64,000 bases of DNA from Eledone cirrhosa. Taxonomy: Eukaryota. The notes below the pieces were generated by a model. The model made no database searches. It was not told the origin of the DNA and saw only the letters and a program-made list of their open reading frames with translations. Shown piece after piece: positions 52,659 to 64,000 of this stretch; positions within the stretch are counted from its first letter, which is position 1, and every line of letters begins with the position of its first letter. The stretch spans positions 31,558,001-31,622,000 of the forward strand of contig OZ024750.1 of the NCBI GenBank assembly GCA_964016885.1, written 5' to 3'. Made by a program: the position numbers and the translations under genes.

Positions 52659-54458
52659 GTGTCAATGGTTATACGCCCCATAATCAAGATGTCCCCAGAT
52701 GTATGTGAAAGTACAGAGGACCTCCTCAGCAGAATCAGTGAGTGCAACAAAAACAGGAGCCTATCCAACTGCATAATAGGCAGCATGGATGTGGTGTCAC
52801 TGTACCCATCCATTAACATTGATTTTGCTGTGAAAAGATGTGTGGAGATGATCATTGAGAGTGAGGTGGAGTTCTGCGATGTCGACACAGACGAACTGGG
52901 CCTCCTACTTAGACTTACCTACGACACTGACTACCTAGACAGCCATGACCTTAGATGTTTCTGCCCTAGTAGACCTATAAGAGGTAGACCCCCCACCATA
53001 ACCTCAATGGCTAAAAAGACTCCCATAGGAAGGTGGATTGGGTGGACCAAAGCTATACGGACCCCCCAAAACACTGATCAGGTAAGAAAAATGGTCGCAC
53101 ATGCAATAGGGGCTAGTATCAAAACTACCCTAAAGGGCCACATATTTAAGTTCAATGAGAAAATCTACACCCAAAATGAGGGAGCAGCCATCGGCGTCAG
53201 CATAGCTGGCGATGTTGCCAACCTTTTCATGGTATGGTGGGAAAGGAGACTTAAAGATCTCCTTAATGAAAGCTCCATAGACCTCATCATGTACTCTCGT
53301 TATGTAGACGATATCAATATAGTTATAAGAACACCCCCACTAGAGAGCACTAACAAGTTTGATTTAGAACGTAGCACGATGGAAAGCATCCAGCAGATAG
53401 CTAATTCCATACACCAGTGTATAACTGTAACTATAGACTTCCCTTCCAAACACCCTAACAATAGACTACCTGTATTAGACACAGAACTCTGGATTAACAC
53501 TATAGACGAGAGAGCCCAAATTCTCCACTCACACTATGCTAAACCCATGGCCTCCAAATACCTGATACTCAAAAACTCAGCAATGTCCAGTAGTGCTAAG
53601 TTTAATATTCTGATCGCAGATTTGGTACGAGTGATGAAGAATGTGTCCAGCATGTGCGACCCAACAGAAATGGAAGGACACATCCAACACTTCATCAACC
53701 GCATGCAGTTCTCTGGCTACAACCAAAGAGACAGAGTCAGAGTATACGAAGGAGCCATGGAAAAGTATAAGACCCTCATAGAACTGGACATGAAAGGAAT
53801 TTGCCCACTATACAGGAGCAAATCATGGAATAGCTTAGATAGGGCTAGACATAAGATAGGGAAGGCCACATCATGGTACGACAACCAGAGATATCAGAGT
53901 GTCATGTTTGTGGACGCCACCCCTGGAGGGAAATTAGCTAACCAGTGTAGAAAGGCCCTGAGAAAGACCCACTTAAAAATAAAGGTGGTAGAAAAGCCAG
54001 GAACCACCATAAAATCCCTGATCAGCAAAACCTACCCTTTTAAGAAAACCCACTGTACCAATAGGAAATGTATCATATGTAAGGTGAACCCCCGGATAAA
54101 CTGTAAAACTAGAAACGTAGTCTATAGCATAAGATGTACAGAGGGTACTTGCAGAAACACGACAACAACATACATAGGTGAGACAGCTCGTAGCATAGGT
54201 GAAAGGATAGACCAACACTGGGGGGAACTAAAAGGACGAAAAAACGGGTCAGTACTATACGAACATGCTAGACAACATCATGACGGTAACATAGACAACA
54301 TAGAAATTAGAATAATATCTAAACATAGGAATGACCCAGCAGATAGGCAAATCAGAGAGGCCAGTGAAATAGAAATTAGAAGACCAAAGCTAAACAGAAA
54401 GAATGAGTGGAACAACAACAACACCCAAACAAACAACACTGACCTAAGAGAAGTATAA
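52659..54458 (+). CDS. PLE polyprotein (RT, Cys linker, GIY-YIG endonuclease), N-terminally truncated
   Basis: 599 open codons: SMDVVSLYP (motif A), QNEGAAIG (B'), RYVDD (C), LPVLD (E), CX4CX2CX7C linker, VVYSIRC...C...YIGET.R...R...H...H...H, RQIREA, LN. The start is a GTG just after a stop, so it is not the true N-terminus. Confidence 0.92.
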   Translation: MSMVIRPIIKMSPDVCESTEDLLSRISECNKNRSLSNCIIGSMDVVSLYPSINIDFAVKRCVEMIIESEVEFCDVDTDELGLLLRLTYDTDYLDSHDLRCFCPSRPIRGRPPTITSMAKKTPIGRWIGWTKAIRTPQNTDQVRKMVAHAIGASIKTTLKGHIFKFNEKIYTQNEGAAIGVSIAGDVANLFMVWWERRLKDLLNESSIDLIMYSRYVDDINIVIRTPPLESTNKFDLERSTMESIQQIANSIHQCITVTIDFPSKHPNNRLPVLDTELWINTIDERAQILHSHYAKPMASKYLILKNSAMSSSAKFNILIADLVRVMKNVSSMCDPTEMEGHIQHFINRMQFSGYNQRDRVRVYEGAMEKYKTLIELDMKGICPLYRSKSWNSLDRARHKIGKATSWYDNQRYQSVMFVDATPGGKLANQCRKALRKTHLKIKVVEKPGTTIKSLISKTYPFKKTHCTNRKCIICKVNPRINCKTRNVVYSIRCTEGTCRNTTTTYIGETARSIGERIDQHWGELKGRKNGSVLYEHARQHHDGNIDNIEIRIISKHRNDPADRQIREASEIEIRRPKLNRKNEWNNNNTQTNNTDLREV

Positions 54459-54732
54459 ATAAATAAGTAAATTAAATTAAATAAAATAAGATAAATAAAT
54501 ACATACACAAGCACATAAACACACACTAGTCACCCAGCAGACAACACTATACACACTAGTCACACATCACACATCACACATAACACTATACACACACGCA
54601 AACGCATGCGCAAAGAAGACAAAATAAAATAAGATAAACAAACAAGCAAATAAATAAATAAATATATAGACAGACTGAACAAAAAAAAAATGGCGTAGAC
54701 ATACAACACAACAGGAGGAACAATGAATATAA

Positions 54733-54776
54733 CACCACTGACGATGTTGCAGATGTGCAACGAAAGATTTATGTAA
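54733..54776 (+). ncRNA. Hammerhead-like motif in PLE 3' region
   Basis: CTGACGA(54738-54744)-t-gttgca(gatg)tgcaac-GAAA(54762-54765)-gat-TTA-tg. Stem I is weak (2 bp adjacent to the core). Confidence 0.6.
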
Positions 54777-54978
54777 ACTATATATATATGTGTTTGTCTA
54801 TATTGTATCTGTACTATTTTTGACCGCCGGTCAGTCAATGGCAACATTGAGGACCGAGTAAGCCAGATCGCAGATATATATATATAAAAGACAGCAAGAA
54901 GCGAAAACCAACCAAACAGTGAGTGTGTTCTGTTATTAATTCTGGCAATATTACGCAAATATGACCCTCCCCAAATAT

Positions 54979-55022
<44 letters not shown>

Positions 55023-55407
55023 ATGCATGTATTGAGGCATGTATGTAAAGAATGTATGTGTATCACCACACATTTGTAACTTTCTTATTTGAACGTGAAA
55101 TCCCGATGGTAGACGTCTTTCATAGTAACCAAATCCAGCTAAATAAGAAACATCTAAACCCGACACATTCGGCTAGGTGTTATATTTCTTAAAGGGGACT
55201 ATTGTTGAGTGTTTTAAAAAATATTTTCTATTTACAATCCCGTTATTTGGTGTATAATGTATTGTCTGGTTTATTTCTTTCTGAATGAAATAATTTTTCA
55301 TGTTTGTCGATATTCTGTGTGACGTCGGTGATCGACTCCTGCTCACGTCTCTATGCCGAGATCAGTAGCACGTTCCCCGGAGATTACACCTGTATTCATC
55401 TCTTTCC

Positions 55408-55458
<51 letters not shown>

Positions 55459-55462
<4 letters not shown>

Positions 55463-55592
55463 AAAAAGTGTGACCCCGATTGAGAAGCTCAAGCCGTATC
55501 GACGGCTATTTCAGTCCAGAAATAGCCGTCGAAACGGCTTGAACACTGCCGTCGGGGTTACACTTTTTCCTATTTACCACTCTACTACCCTA
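55459..55592. mobile_element. Family C terminus with fold-back, degenerate
   Basis: taggaaaaagtgtgaccccg...gacggctattt/aaatagccgtc...cggggttacactttttccta. Confidence 0.7.
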
Positions 55593-55844
55593 GTGGGGCC
55601 AAAGCAATATATATATATATGTGTATGTGTCTGTGTGTGTGTGTGTGTGTGCATACATATATATACATGCATATGTGTATGTGCATATATATGTGCATAT
55701 TATATATATATCTAATATCTCTCTATATATACATATATATAATATCTATATATAGTATTTTGGCTCTGTATTATATTTGTTATTTTACATTCAGCTACTC
55801 TCATACTTGTAATCGGATAATATTTAATATTTAATATTACCCAC

Positions 55845-55903
<59 letters not shown>

Positions 55904-56049
55904 ATACTTTGGGAGAGTCATGTTTCCAATAAGAAACACACGCACCACATGCTTTCACTTCAATTTATTATAATAAATTTATAAATTTAGGAATTTATAA
56001 ATTTCCGGTTGGTTGGTTGGTTCAACAACCAGATGGTTGTTTATATATT

Positions 56050-56092
56050 GTCAAAGTTCTTTCGTCACACATTCTGTGACCTCTTCAGTGAC
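56050..56092 (-). ncRNA. Minimal type I hammerhead motif, family D
   Basis: - strand: gtca-CTGAAGA-g-gtcaca/tgtgac-GAAA-gaa-CTT-tgac. Confidence 0.85.
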
Positions 56093-56188
56093 TGGGTATT
56101 CTTTGTTTTTTGTGCCTCTCCTTTGTTCTGTCCTATGGCGTAGGACAGAACAAAGGAGAGGCACAAAAAACAAAGAAAATAATACCCA

Positions 56189-56231
56189 GTCACTGATGAG
56201 GTCACAGAATGTGTGACGAAAGAACTTTGAC
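56189..56231 (+). ncRNA. Minimal type I hammerhead motif, family D
   Basis: gtca-CTGATGA-g-gtcaca(gaatg)tgtgac-GAAA-gaa-CTT-tgac. Confidence 0.85.
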
Positions 56232-57224
56232 AATATATAAACAACCATCTGTTTGTGGAATCAACCAACCAGCCGGAAATTTATAAATTCCTAAATTTAT
56301 AAATTTATTATAATAAATTGAACTGAAAGCAACTGGTGCGTGTGTTTCTTATTGGCAACATGACCCTCCCAAAGTATAACAATATCGGTGTCAACACACG
56401 TTTTCAGATAAAGAATCTTGCTAAACAAATTCAGAAACGATATATATATTTATTAAAATAACAGATAAAAGTTTATTACTATTTATATATATATATAACT
56501 TATCTAATTTTGACAACGTTTTAAATGATATTAGAATACTTCTTTGAAATTGAATATAATCGATTGTAGAGAAAATCCTAAATATCTCACGGGAAAACGC
56601 CTACGGAAATCAATATAAATAAAAATAGAATGAACGTATTGGACACAACGTTATTTTTATCGAGTTTACTGAGTCGTGATTTCATATTGTAAAAATATAA
56701 AAACAGGAAATTATTATATTCATATTGTAAAATGTTCTGTTTTTTAATTTTCTTATTCTTCATTTTGTGTATGACCCTATAGCAGGTGGGTATATTTCTA
56801 CATCTTTTTGGGGGGGAGTTGTGTTTCACATCCTATGTTCATTATTGGTTCATTGAAGTCTGCGATGCGATATACGAATGACGAATGAATCTCAGTCGGG
56901 TTCGACGTCAGCGTTCCGGTTCCTCTATGAAGAGAACGGGCTGCTCAGAAAATTAATACAAGTGGCTGAGCCTTTCACTGACACGTGCACCCACTACTTA
57001 ATGCTCAGTGAGAATCAGTGTGACATAGAATGTAACAATAGTAGCCCTAGGGACAGCCTTATACGATGGATCTCCACGCAATTTCTGACTACTCAATTTC
57101 CCTCACAATGGGTCAGGCCGAGGCTATGTTAAATGACATTTGCAGAAGATGCCACGCAGTAGTATATAACCCGGGTCCTAGTGGTTGTGAATGAAATAAC
57201 TTAATTATTCTCCAAGTATCAGTC

Positions 57225-57420
57225 GCTCTTCGACAGGCTTGCGGTCGTGCCCCTTGCGGTGGAGACTTATGGTGTTCCTGGCCCTAAGGCTACCTCCCTA
57301 CTTACCACCATAGGCGCTGAGCTGGCTAGCGTGAGCCTGGTGAGATGGAATGGCTCTTCCAGCGCATCTCCCTTACCATCTTCCGGGGAAACGCCTTCTC
57401 CATTCTGTTCGCCGGAGCCG
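57225..57420 (+). mobile_element. CRE-like non-LTR 3' fragment (restriction-like endonuclease C-terminus)
   Basis: VPLAVETYGVPGPKATSLLTTIGAELAS / EMEWLFQRISLTIFRGNAFSIL. Confidence 0.7.
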
Positions 57421-59514
57421 TGTGGCGGCCAGCAAGTGGGACCCCATTTGCTCATAATACAGAGAGATGGAGGCGATGAGAGTGGGGGTTCGGCTCTTCC
57501 GTGTTCGGACCTGGTGTGCGCTATTTTTCTCTGTCTCGAATTTATTTATTTCTAACATTTCACTGGTGTCTTAGGAATTCATAATTACTTGTTCCCTCTT
57601 TTCTGTCAATTGAAGTAGTTTTGAAGGATGAGGACCTGTCTATCTTTGTATTATTTCCAATAATATTTTTCTGGCTCTTCCTTCAACTGTAATGTAATTT
57701 TGGTCTGCTACTGGTATCTCATCAAATACTTCAACTTGCCATGTTTGTTTTAAGTCAACTGCTTTTGTTTGTCTCTAATTTGGAACGATTCTTGCTTATG
57801 TTTCTTATTAATGGAATTTGTGGCTTCAGACATCCAAACACTTTGCTCGATATATTTGTCATCGTAATGCTCATATTTGTTCTGTTGTTTGTGTATTTTT
57901 TTGTGTGTGTTGCTACGGACCATATTCGTCTAAAACACAGAATCCACTTCAGGTTAAAAAAAGTGGAAGCTACTTAAGCAAGCCACAGTTTATTTATAAA
58001 GCTTACTGTCACATTAGGTTACTACTAATTTGGTGTTTAGACACATTGATACTTACTCTCGGACCAGTTTGCTTCAGATGTGCTGTTTAGACACATTGCT
58101 ACTTCAGGAAATTCTCTGTGATAGAACTGCCGTTGGTCTATAACCATTTTATTGCTATGTTAATTAATTCATGTATAACATTTCTCAAGTATTTGTTGGA
58201 GAAAAGAGATACATGAATACAATATTAAGTGCACACACTAGCTATTATGAATATATTTTGTCTTCTTACTTATGCAAAATGAACTGGTGGAATAACATTA
58301 GAATACATTGATAACATTTATGAGGAATTCTTGTTTGTTGCTCTAACTTAAGTATTGTCAGACGATGTGACATAAGTGATATTGTGGAACATGTTATTTA
58401 TTATTAGGTGCTATGAAGTCAGTAATATTGGGTGATATATTATCCTAATACTAGAGATGGTTGACCAGTTACTAGCTAAAACTGAATGCAGTTAACCTAC
58501 TGACTCTAGAAAGTACTTCTGCAATGCTCCACTCTATATAGATATTATCTGGTTAGGATCTGTCACTCGTGGTGGAGTTGTAGTAGCGCCATTGTGGTAT
58601 GCAGCGATTCTTGTGCACCTAACGGATTATTTCCTTCTCCCTGTTTGATCGCAGCCGATTACTTTCATAGAAGAAGAGAGTGTGCGCGCGAGAGAGTGAT
58701 AGAAAAGGATAGAGAAAGAGAGATAGATCGATAGATCGATAGATAGATAGATATACAGACAGAGAAGAGTGGGGATAGACTCCAGTAGGGAACTCGTCCT
58801 TTACTTATCACACCCAGAACGATAAAAGGCAAAGTTAACTCGGTAGCATTTGAAACCAGAGCAGAGATGGGAGTTAAGCAGAGCGAATACCACAACGCTA
58901 TCTATCTTACGATCTAACGATGCATATAAACAGCGACGAGGAAATCGATAAATCCGGTGTTTTCTACCGAAGAGCCTTGTGATATTTGTTTCGTTTGAAT
59001 TGTGGCATTCGTCACTTTAAATGCAATTTATTGGTCCGCTGGAAACCTATAACGTGCTATGCTATAGTTCACAACAGATAATATAAATTATAAGTGTGTA
59101 TTGGTCCACTGCAACCCTATAACATCCGATTCTATTGTTCTCAAGAGGCAATATAATGTATAATGATCAAATATTTCTATGAAGAATAACAATAACGAAA
59201 ACAATGATATATTATTGCCGCCTGAAATATGATTATTTAATGTATTTTTGCTCTGACAGATATTCGATGTCAATGTCGAAAGGTACATGTTTAATTATTC
59301 GTCATTATTTCATTCACTTTTGCTTGTTTATTTATCGCCATGTTACACCAGTAGCTGACTTCCATAGCATCTTTTCATGTTGTCATCTGGGAAATAATGT
59401 CATTTGATAGCGGTTTGTTAGATGACAACACCTTATTATGTCTTTAACAAAATCTATATATTTCTATGACTGATGCAGTTTGGCATCACCTTTTAGCGTG
59501 TGCACTCAATCTTC

Positions 59515-59683
59515 AAAATCACCATCATAATCACTATCATCATCACCATCACCATCAGCAACATCATTATCATCACTATCATCATCACCATCACCATCAC
59601 CATCCACCTCTTCCCCCCTCCATCCTCCTCCTCCCCATCCTCCTCCTCCTCCTCCTACTCATCATCATCATCATCATCATCAT
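59515..59683. repeat. (CAT/CAC)n and (CCT)n trinucleotide repeats
   Basis: Direct inspection. Confidence 0.9.
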
Positions 59684-60000
59684 GTCGAGTTTGGCCTCGG
59701 ACAACGTTGATAATTATACTTCTCCACTTGTCCTTATCCAGCATGGCCTCTGTAAGCTCAGCTCTTTCTAAGAGCCATGTCTTTACATACCCATAGCAGT
59801 AACTGGTGTAATACATCTTCCTGATCTCTTCACCATACGTGACCTATAAGACCGAGTCTTCTAGCCTTCATGACACCTTATAATTAGTCTCAAGTCGCCG
59901 CACAAAAACTCGTTTTATCTTTGCTCCCTCCAAGAAATATTTTGCACTTTCCTTAGTAGTCATGTATATGTGCCATCTAACTGTTTTCAATCTCTTTTGT
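59660..60000 (-). mobile_element. RTE-type LINE 3' relic
   Basis: AELTEAMLDKDKWRSIIINVVRGQTR followed by (TGA)n. Confidence 0.5.
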
Positions 60001-60334
60001 GAGTGTCCAGCACTCCACTCCATACACAAGCACATTTTCAATTGTTGATCTACATCATAGGATATCTCATCTAAATAAATGATGGTTTGTTCTCCTAATA
60101 TGAATAAAAAATGGTGTCCGACAAAGATAATGTGGGAGTACATGCAATTGTTGAATGTGGATAAAATTGTTTAATTATTATTCAAATATTTGAGTATTTG
60201 TAATATTAAATTTCGTTCAAATTGCACGATATATTTTATCCCAATGTCACTGTTAGATAATTAGATTGCAAGGTTTGAGATAAAGCAAAATTATTTATAG
60301 ATTCTATATTCCAAATATATATATATATTTACTC

Positions 60335-60366
<32 letters not shown>

Positions 60367-60692
60367 GTTATTCCGGGTTGAATCGGAGGTAACCACAGTA
60401 AGTAAGGTACTCAATACATTGCAGAGTATAAAAGTTTTAATATAGATGAGATTATACAGGACTAGAACTGTTTCATTCTTTAGAAATCATCAGGAATCTG
60501 GGTATCAAAAAATAAATATGGTATTTATAGGTCTCTTCAGGTGGTATATATATATATGCAGAGGTTATATTTAATTTGTTGGTATTTAACAAGCTTAAAC
60601 ATTTTTATAACTGATATAAAGCACTCAACAGTTTAGTGGAGTAAATACATAATATTATTAATAAATGGAAACTATATTTATAAAACCATATT

Positions 60693-60758
60693 TATTTTAT
60701 TATATATATTTCAAGGGCAACCAAGGCAAATTATGGTGCGCTTTCATCAGATAAAATA
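60693..60758 (-). ncRNA. Minimal type I hammerhead motif, family B (element about 60560-60835)
   Basis: tattttat-CTGATGA-aagcgcacca/tggttgccctt-GAAA-tatat-ATA-ataaaata; perfect 8-bp stem I. Confidence 0.82.
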
Positions 60759-60862
60759 CAGAGTTGTTTTATAAATAAATATTGACATACCCGGAAAAAA
60801 GACAACCTTAACGGTTGGAGCTTCCTGGATAGTGGAGATAATATTTTATTGACGGTAATACA

Positions 60863-60930
60863 AAGTTATGAGGGAGTATGCAAATGAGGACAACTTTTCG
60901 GTCACTCATTTGCATACTCCCTCATAACTT
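60863..60930. repeat. 26-bp perfect inverted repeat, 16-nt spacer
   Basis: aagttatgagggagtatgcaaatgag / ctcatttgcatactccctcataactt. Confidence 0.85.
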
Positions 60931-60931
60931 C

Positions 60932-61120
60932 GTAGATTGGCAGTATCGGTAGAGGGTCGGACGCCATGCTTTGACGTATAGAGTTACGGCCCTTGCCATT
61001 CTGAGTTCAAATCCCGCCAAGGTTAACTTTGCTTTTCATCCTTACGGGGTCGATAAAATAAAGTACCAGTAATGCACTGCGTAATTGCTGGCTTTGTGCC
61101 TAACGTAGAAACAATTATTA
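60932..61120 (+). mobile_element. SINE family 1, full length
   Basis: A-box-like TGGCAGTATCGG, B box GAGTTCAAATCC, tail gtagaaacaattatta. Confidence 0.9.
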
Positions 61121-61359
61121 TCTCGTATTCTACGTCGGTCGTATGTGAAACTCAATACCTTATCAGACAAAATACGTTGTGCCATTTCGTTACAGCGTTT
61201 TATGCCCTGGATTCAATGACCGTAGTGGTCAATTTTATTTTTTATCCTTTTAGTACCGGTCAAAACATGAGGTTGATATAATCAAGCGTTCTTTTCAGGG
61301 AAATGTGAGTCCTTGTGCTTAAGGGAGAAATCTATGTAATGCTGTTCTATAATAAAATA

Positions 61360-61570
61360 CAATACTTCGGGTCGCTCTCCAAGAGGTTTTCGGTCGAGCC
61401 CGGAGCAGTGGAGACATTTGGTGTTTTTGGCTCTAGGACTACCTTCCTCCTCACCTCCATCGGCATAGAGTTGGCTACCCGCAGGTGTGAGTCTCGCGAA
61501 TTGGAATAGCTCTTCCAACGTGTTTTACTCATCATTCTCCAGCGAAACACCTTCTCTATTCTGTCCGCCG
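61360..61570 (+). mobile_element. CRE-like non-LTR 3' fragment
   Basis: PGAVETFGVFGSRTTFLLTSIGIELA...ELE*LFQRVLLIILQRNTFSIL; paralogue of 57225-57420. Confidence 0.65.
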
Positions 61571-61922
61571 CGACAGCAGAACGGCCAGTGCGTCGGCTCC
61601 CATTTGTATATAATAGTGAAAGATGGGGCAAAGCAAGAGAGGCGGTGGCATTGAGTAAAAGAGAGAAAATAACATTATTGTGTTTGATAACTTTGTATTG
61701 TATCTCAAGTATAACACCTATGATTGTGATTACTTAATCGTCCAATAACTAACGACGTATTCCATCGTGATAGAGTCATTAAATAACGGAATAATAGACG
61801 GTGCCGCAAAAATTGGCATTGTTGATTGAATTGAATAAAATTATTTTCGTGATGGAAAAATTATTCTACAAAACATTTGTAAATAACAAAGAAATCTCAT
61901 TTCCTCTTTTTCCTTCTTCAAC

Positions 61923-61988
<66 letters not shown>

Positions 61989-62199
61989 CTCATAATCAAT
62001 GAATGAGTCTGTATGTCGTCAGATACAGTTTTTAAATTTATGTATTTTCCTGTTTGTTTGTAGATAATAAACCCACTACCCATTACCTTCGCTGTTTTCC
62101 TATATTTTTTGATAGTACAGAACTACATATCTATCTACAAGATCTCTCTCTCCCTCCCTCTCTTTCTCTCTATCTTTTTACACGCACACAGAGACAAAG

Positions 62200-62239
62200 G
62201 CATATATATATATAGACATATTTATGTATATATTTATTC

Positions 62240-62281
<42 letters not shown>

Positions 62282-62320
62282 GTATATATATTCGTAAATA
62301 TATATATTTGTATATATATT

Positions 62321-62378
<58 letters not shown>

Positions 62379-62748
62379 TACATATACATATATATTGATA
62401 TAAACACACACATATATATATATATACATGTATATATATATACATATATATATATAGGTGTTCATGGATATATATATATAAGTATATGTATATATATACA
62501 TGCATATATATATAAGTATATGTATAAGTATATGTATATATACATGCATATATATATGTAAGTATATGTATAAGTATATGTATATCTCTATATATATATT
62601 TATATATGTATATATATTATATATATATATTTATATATTACATATTTATATATATTTATTTATGTTTTATATATATATATATATATTTATATATGTATAT
62701 ATATTATATATATATATTTATATATTACATATTTATATATATTTATTT

Positions 62749-62843
<95 letters not shown>

Positions 62844-62903
62844 TACATATATATATATGTATAAATGCATATTTATATTATATACGTATATATATATTTA
62901 TTT

Positions 62904-62950
<47 letters not shown>

Positions 62951-63010
62951 TACATATATATATATGTATAAATGCATATTTATATTATATACGTATATAT
63001 ATATTTATTT

Positions 63011-63083
<73 letters not shown>

Positions 63084-63375
63084 CATGTATATATTTGTAT
63101 ATTATATATATATATATTTATATATTACATGTATATATTTGTATATTATATATATATGCATATTTATATTATATACGTATATATATTTTCATATATTATA
63201 TATATATATACATATTTATATTATATATTATATATATGCATATATATGTAAATACATAGATACATATATGTATATTATATATGTGTATATTTATATACAT
63301 ACATATAAGTATATATTTATATGTGTATATATATATAGATATATACATATACATACATATATATATATATATTTA
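62200..63375. repeat. About 1.2-kb degenerate (TA)n tract with higher-order duplications
   Basis: atatttatttatgttttatatat recurs four times within longer duplicated blocks. Confidence 0.9.
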
Positions 63376-64000
63376 CACACACAAACACACACATAAATAT
63401 ATATTGATCTTAAACATCCACCTATCTATATACTTTCCTAATTCTCTAACTGTCAACACATTTCTGTCTATCTGCCAATATGTTCAACAGATAAACTGTT
63501 CTGTCTGGCAGTGTTTTCCTTTCACTGTTTATTCACAGCCCTATGTCTCAAGTGATCGATAGATCAATCAATCTCCATCTGTTCATTTATATTTCTTTTG
63601 ATCTTCCATAAATCAGCTTATCTATTTCATAAATATGGCAAGCTCTCACATATGTAAGATAATTATTTGAAAGAGAAACGTCAATTATTTGAGATTATCA
63701 TGCAATTAGTGAATAGATACTCCCTCTGTGAGTGTTTAAAATCTAAAAACAAACTCCCATGTGAAATAGCTCAAATCATTTGATTAAAATATTTTTCAAA
63801 TATACACAGTATGGAGTGGATCATTTCTTTCAAGTCAATTTGTAAAATCAATGGGTGTCTCTAATACACGTTGGAGATATATATTACTATAGTTTTCTCT
63901 AATACCCAGAACCCCGGGGGTATTGTATTTTCCTTTAACCTCAATCGTTGTTAATTATAATCAGCTTTATTTTCTCCGTTTCTATATATATTAACAAATC

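Larger units (their letters stand above)
52651..54983 (+). mobile_element. Penelope-like retroelement, 5'-truncated, inserted in (TA)n
   Basis: RT+GIY-YIG ORF, about 525-bp 3' non-coding region with hammerhead-like motif, terminus atgaccctccccaaatataacaa-(TA)n, and (TA)n about 35 bp upstream. Confidence 0.93.
55899..56382. mobile_element. 484-bp palindrome of two family D units with a hammerhead on each strand
   Basis: Arms 55899-56135 and 56141-56382 with loop tggcg. Hammerheads at 56050-56092 (-) and 56189-56231 (+). Confidence 0.9.

Noticed and set aside
59466-59771. His-rich 101-aa ORF
   Set aside because: Encoded by (CAT/CAC)n and (CCT)n repeats plus the antisense of a LINE tail.
60455-60505. 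- strand CTGATGA-tttctaaagaat-GAAAC hammerhead-like core
   Set aside because: Weak stem II and no stem I partner; plausible relic only.

Overview
AT-rich, microsatellite-dense eukaryotic DNA with no recognisable host protein-coding exon; nearly all listed ORFs are artefacts of (TA)n/(CA)n/(CT)n tracts. The SINE sequences and repeat content look cephalopod (Octopus)-like, which is an inference. The window holds a 5'-truncated but open Penelope-like element (PLE; RT + C-terminal GIY-YIG, 52651-54983) with an unusually long motif A-B' spacer and a hammerhead-ribozyme-like motif in its 3' end. At least four families of short (60-480 bp) PLE-type 3' termini sit in (TA)n tracts. Many carry type I hammerhead motifs (about 16 whole or partial) and/or fold-back palindromes, and they share a GAGTRC motif about 30-60 nt from the 3' end. 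Also present: an internally deleted Tx1/L1-type LINE plus fragments, CR1-, RTE- and CRE-like LINE relics, a decayed Chapaev3-like transposase, non-autonomous Helitrons and about 20 tRNA-derived SINE copies. All structures were read by eye; no folding or database search was run.
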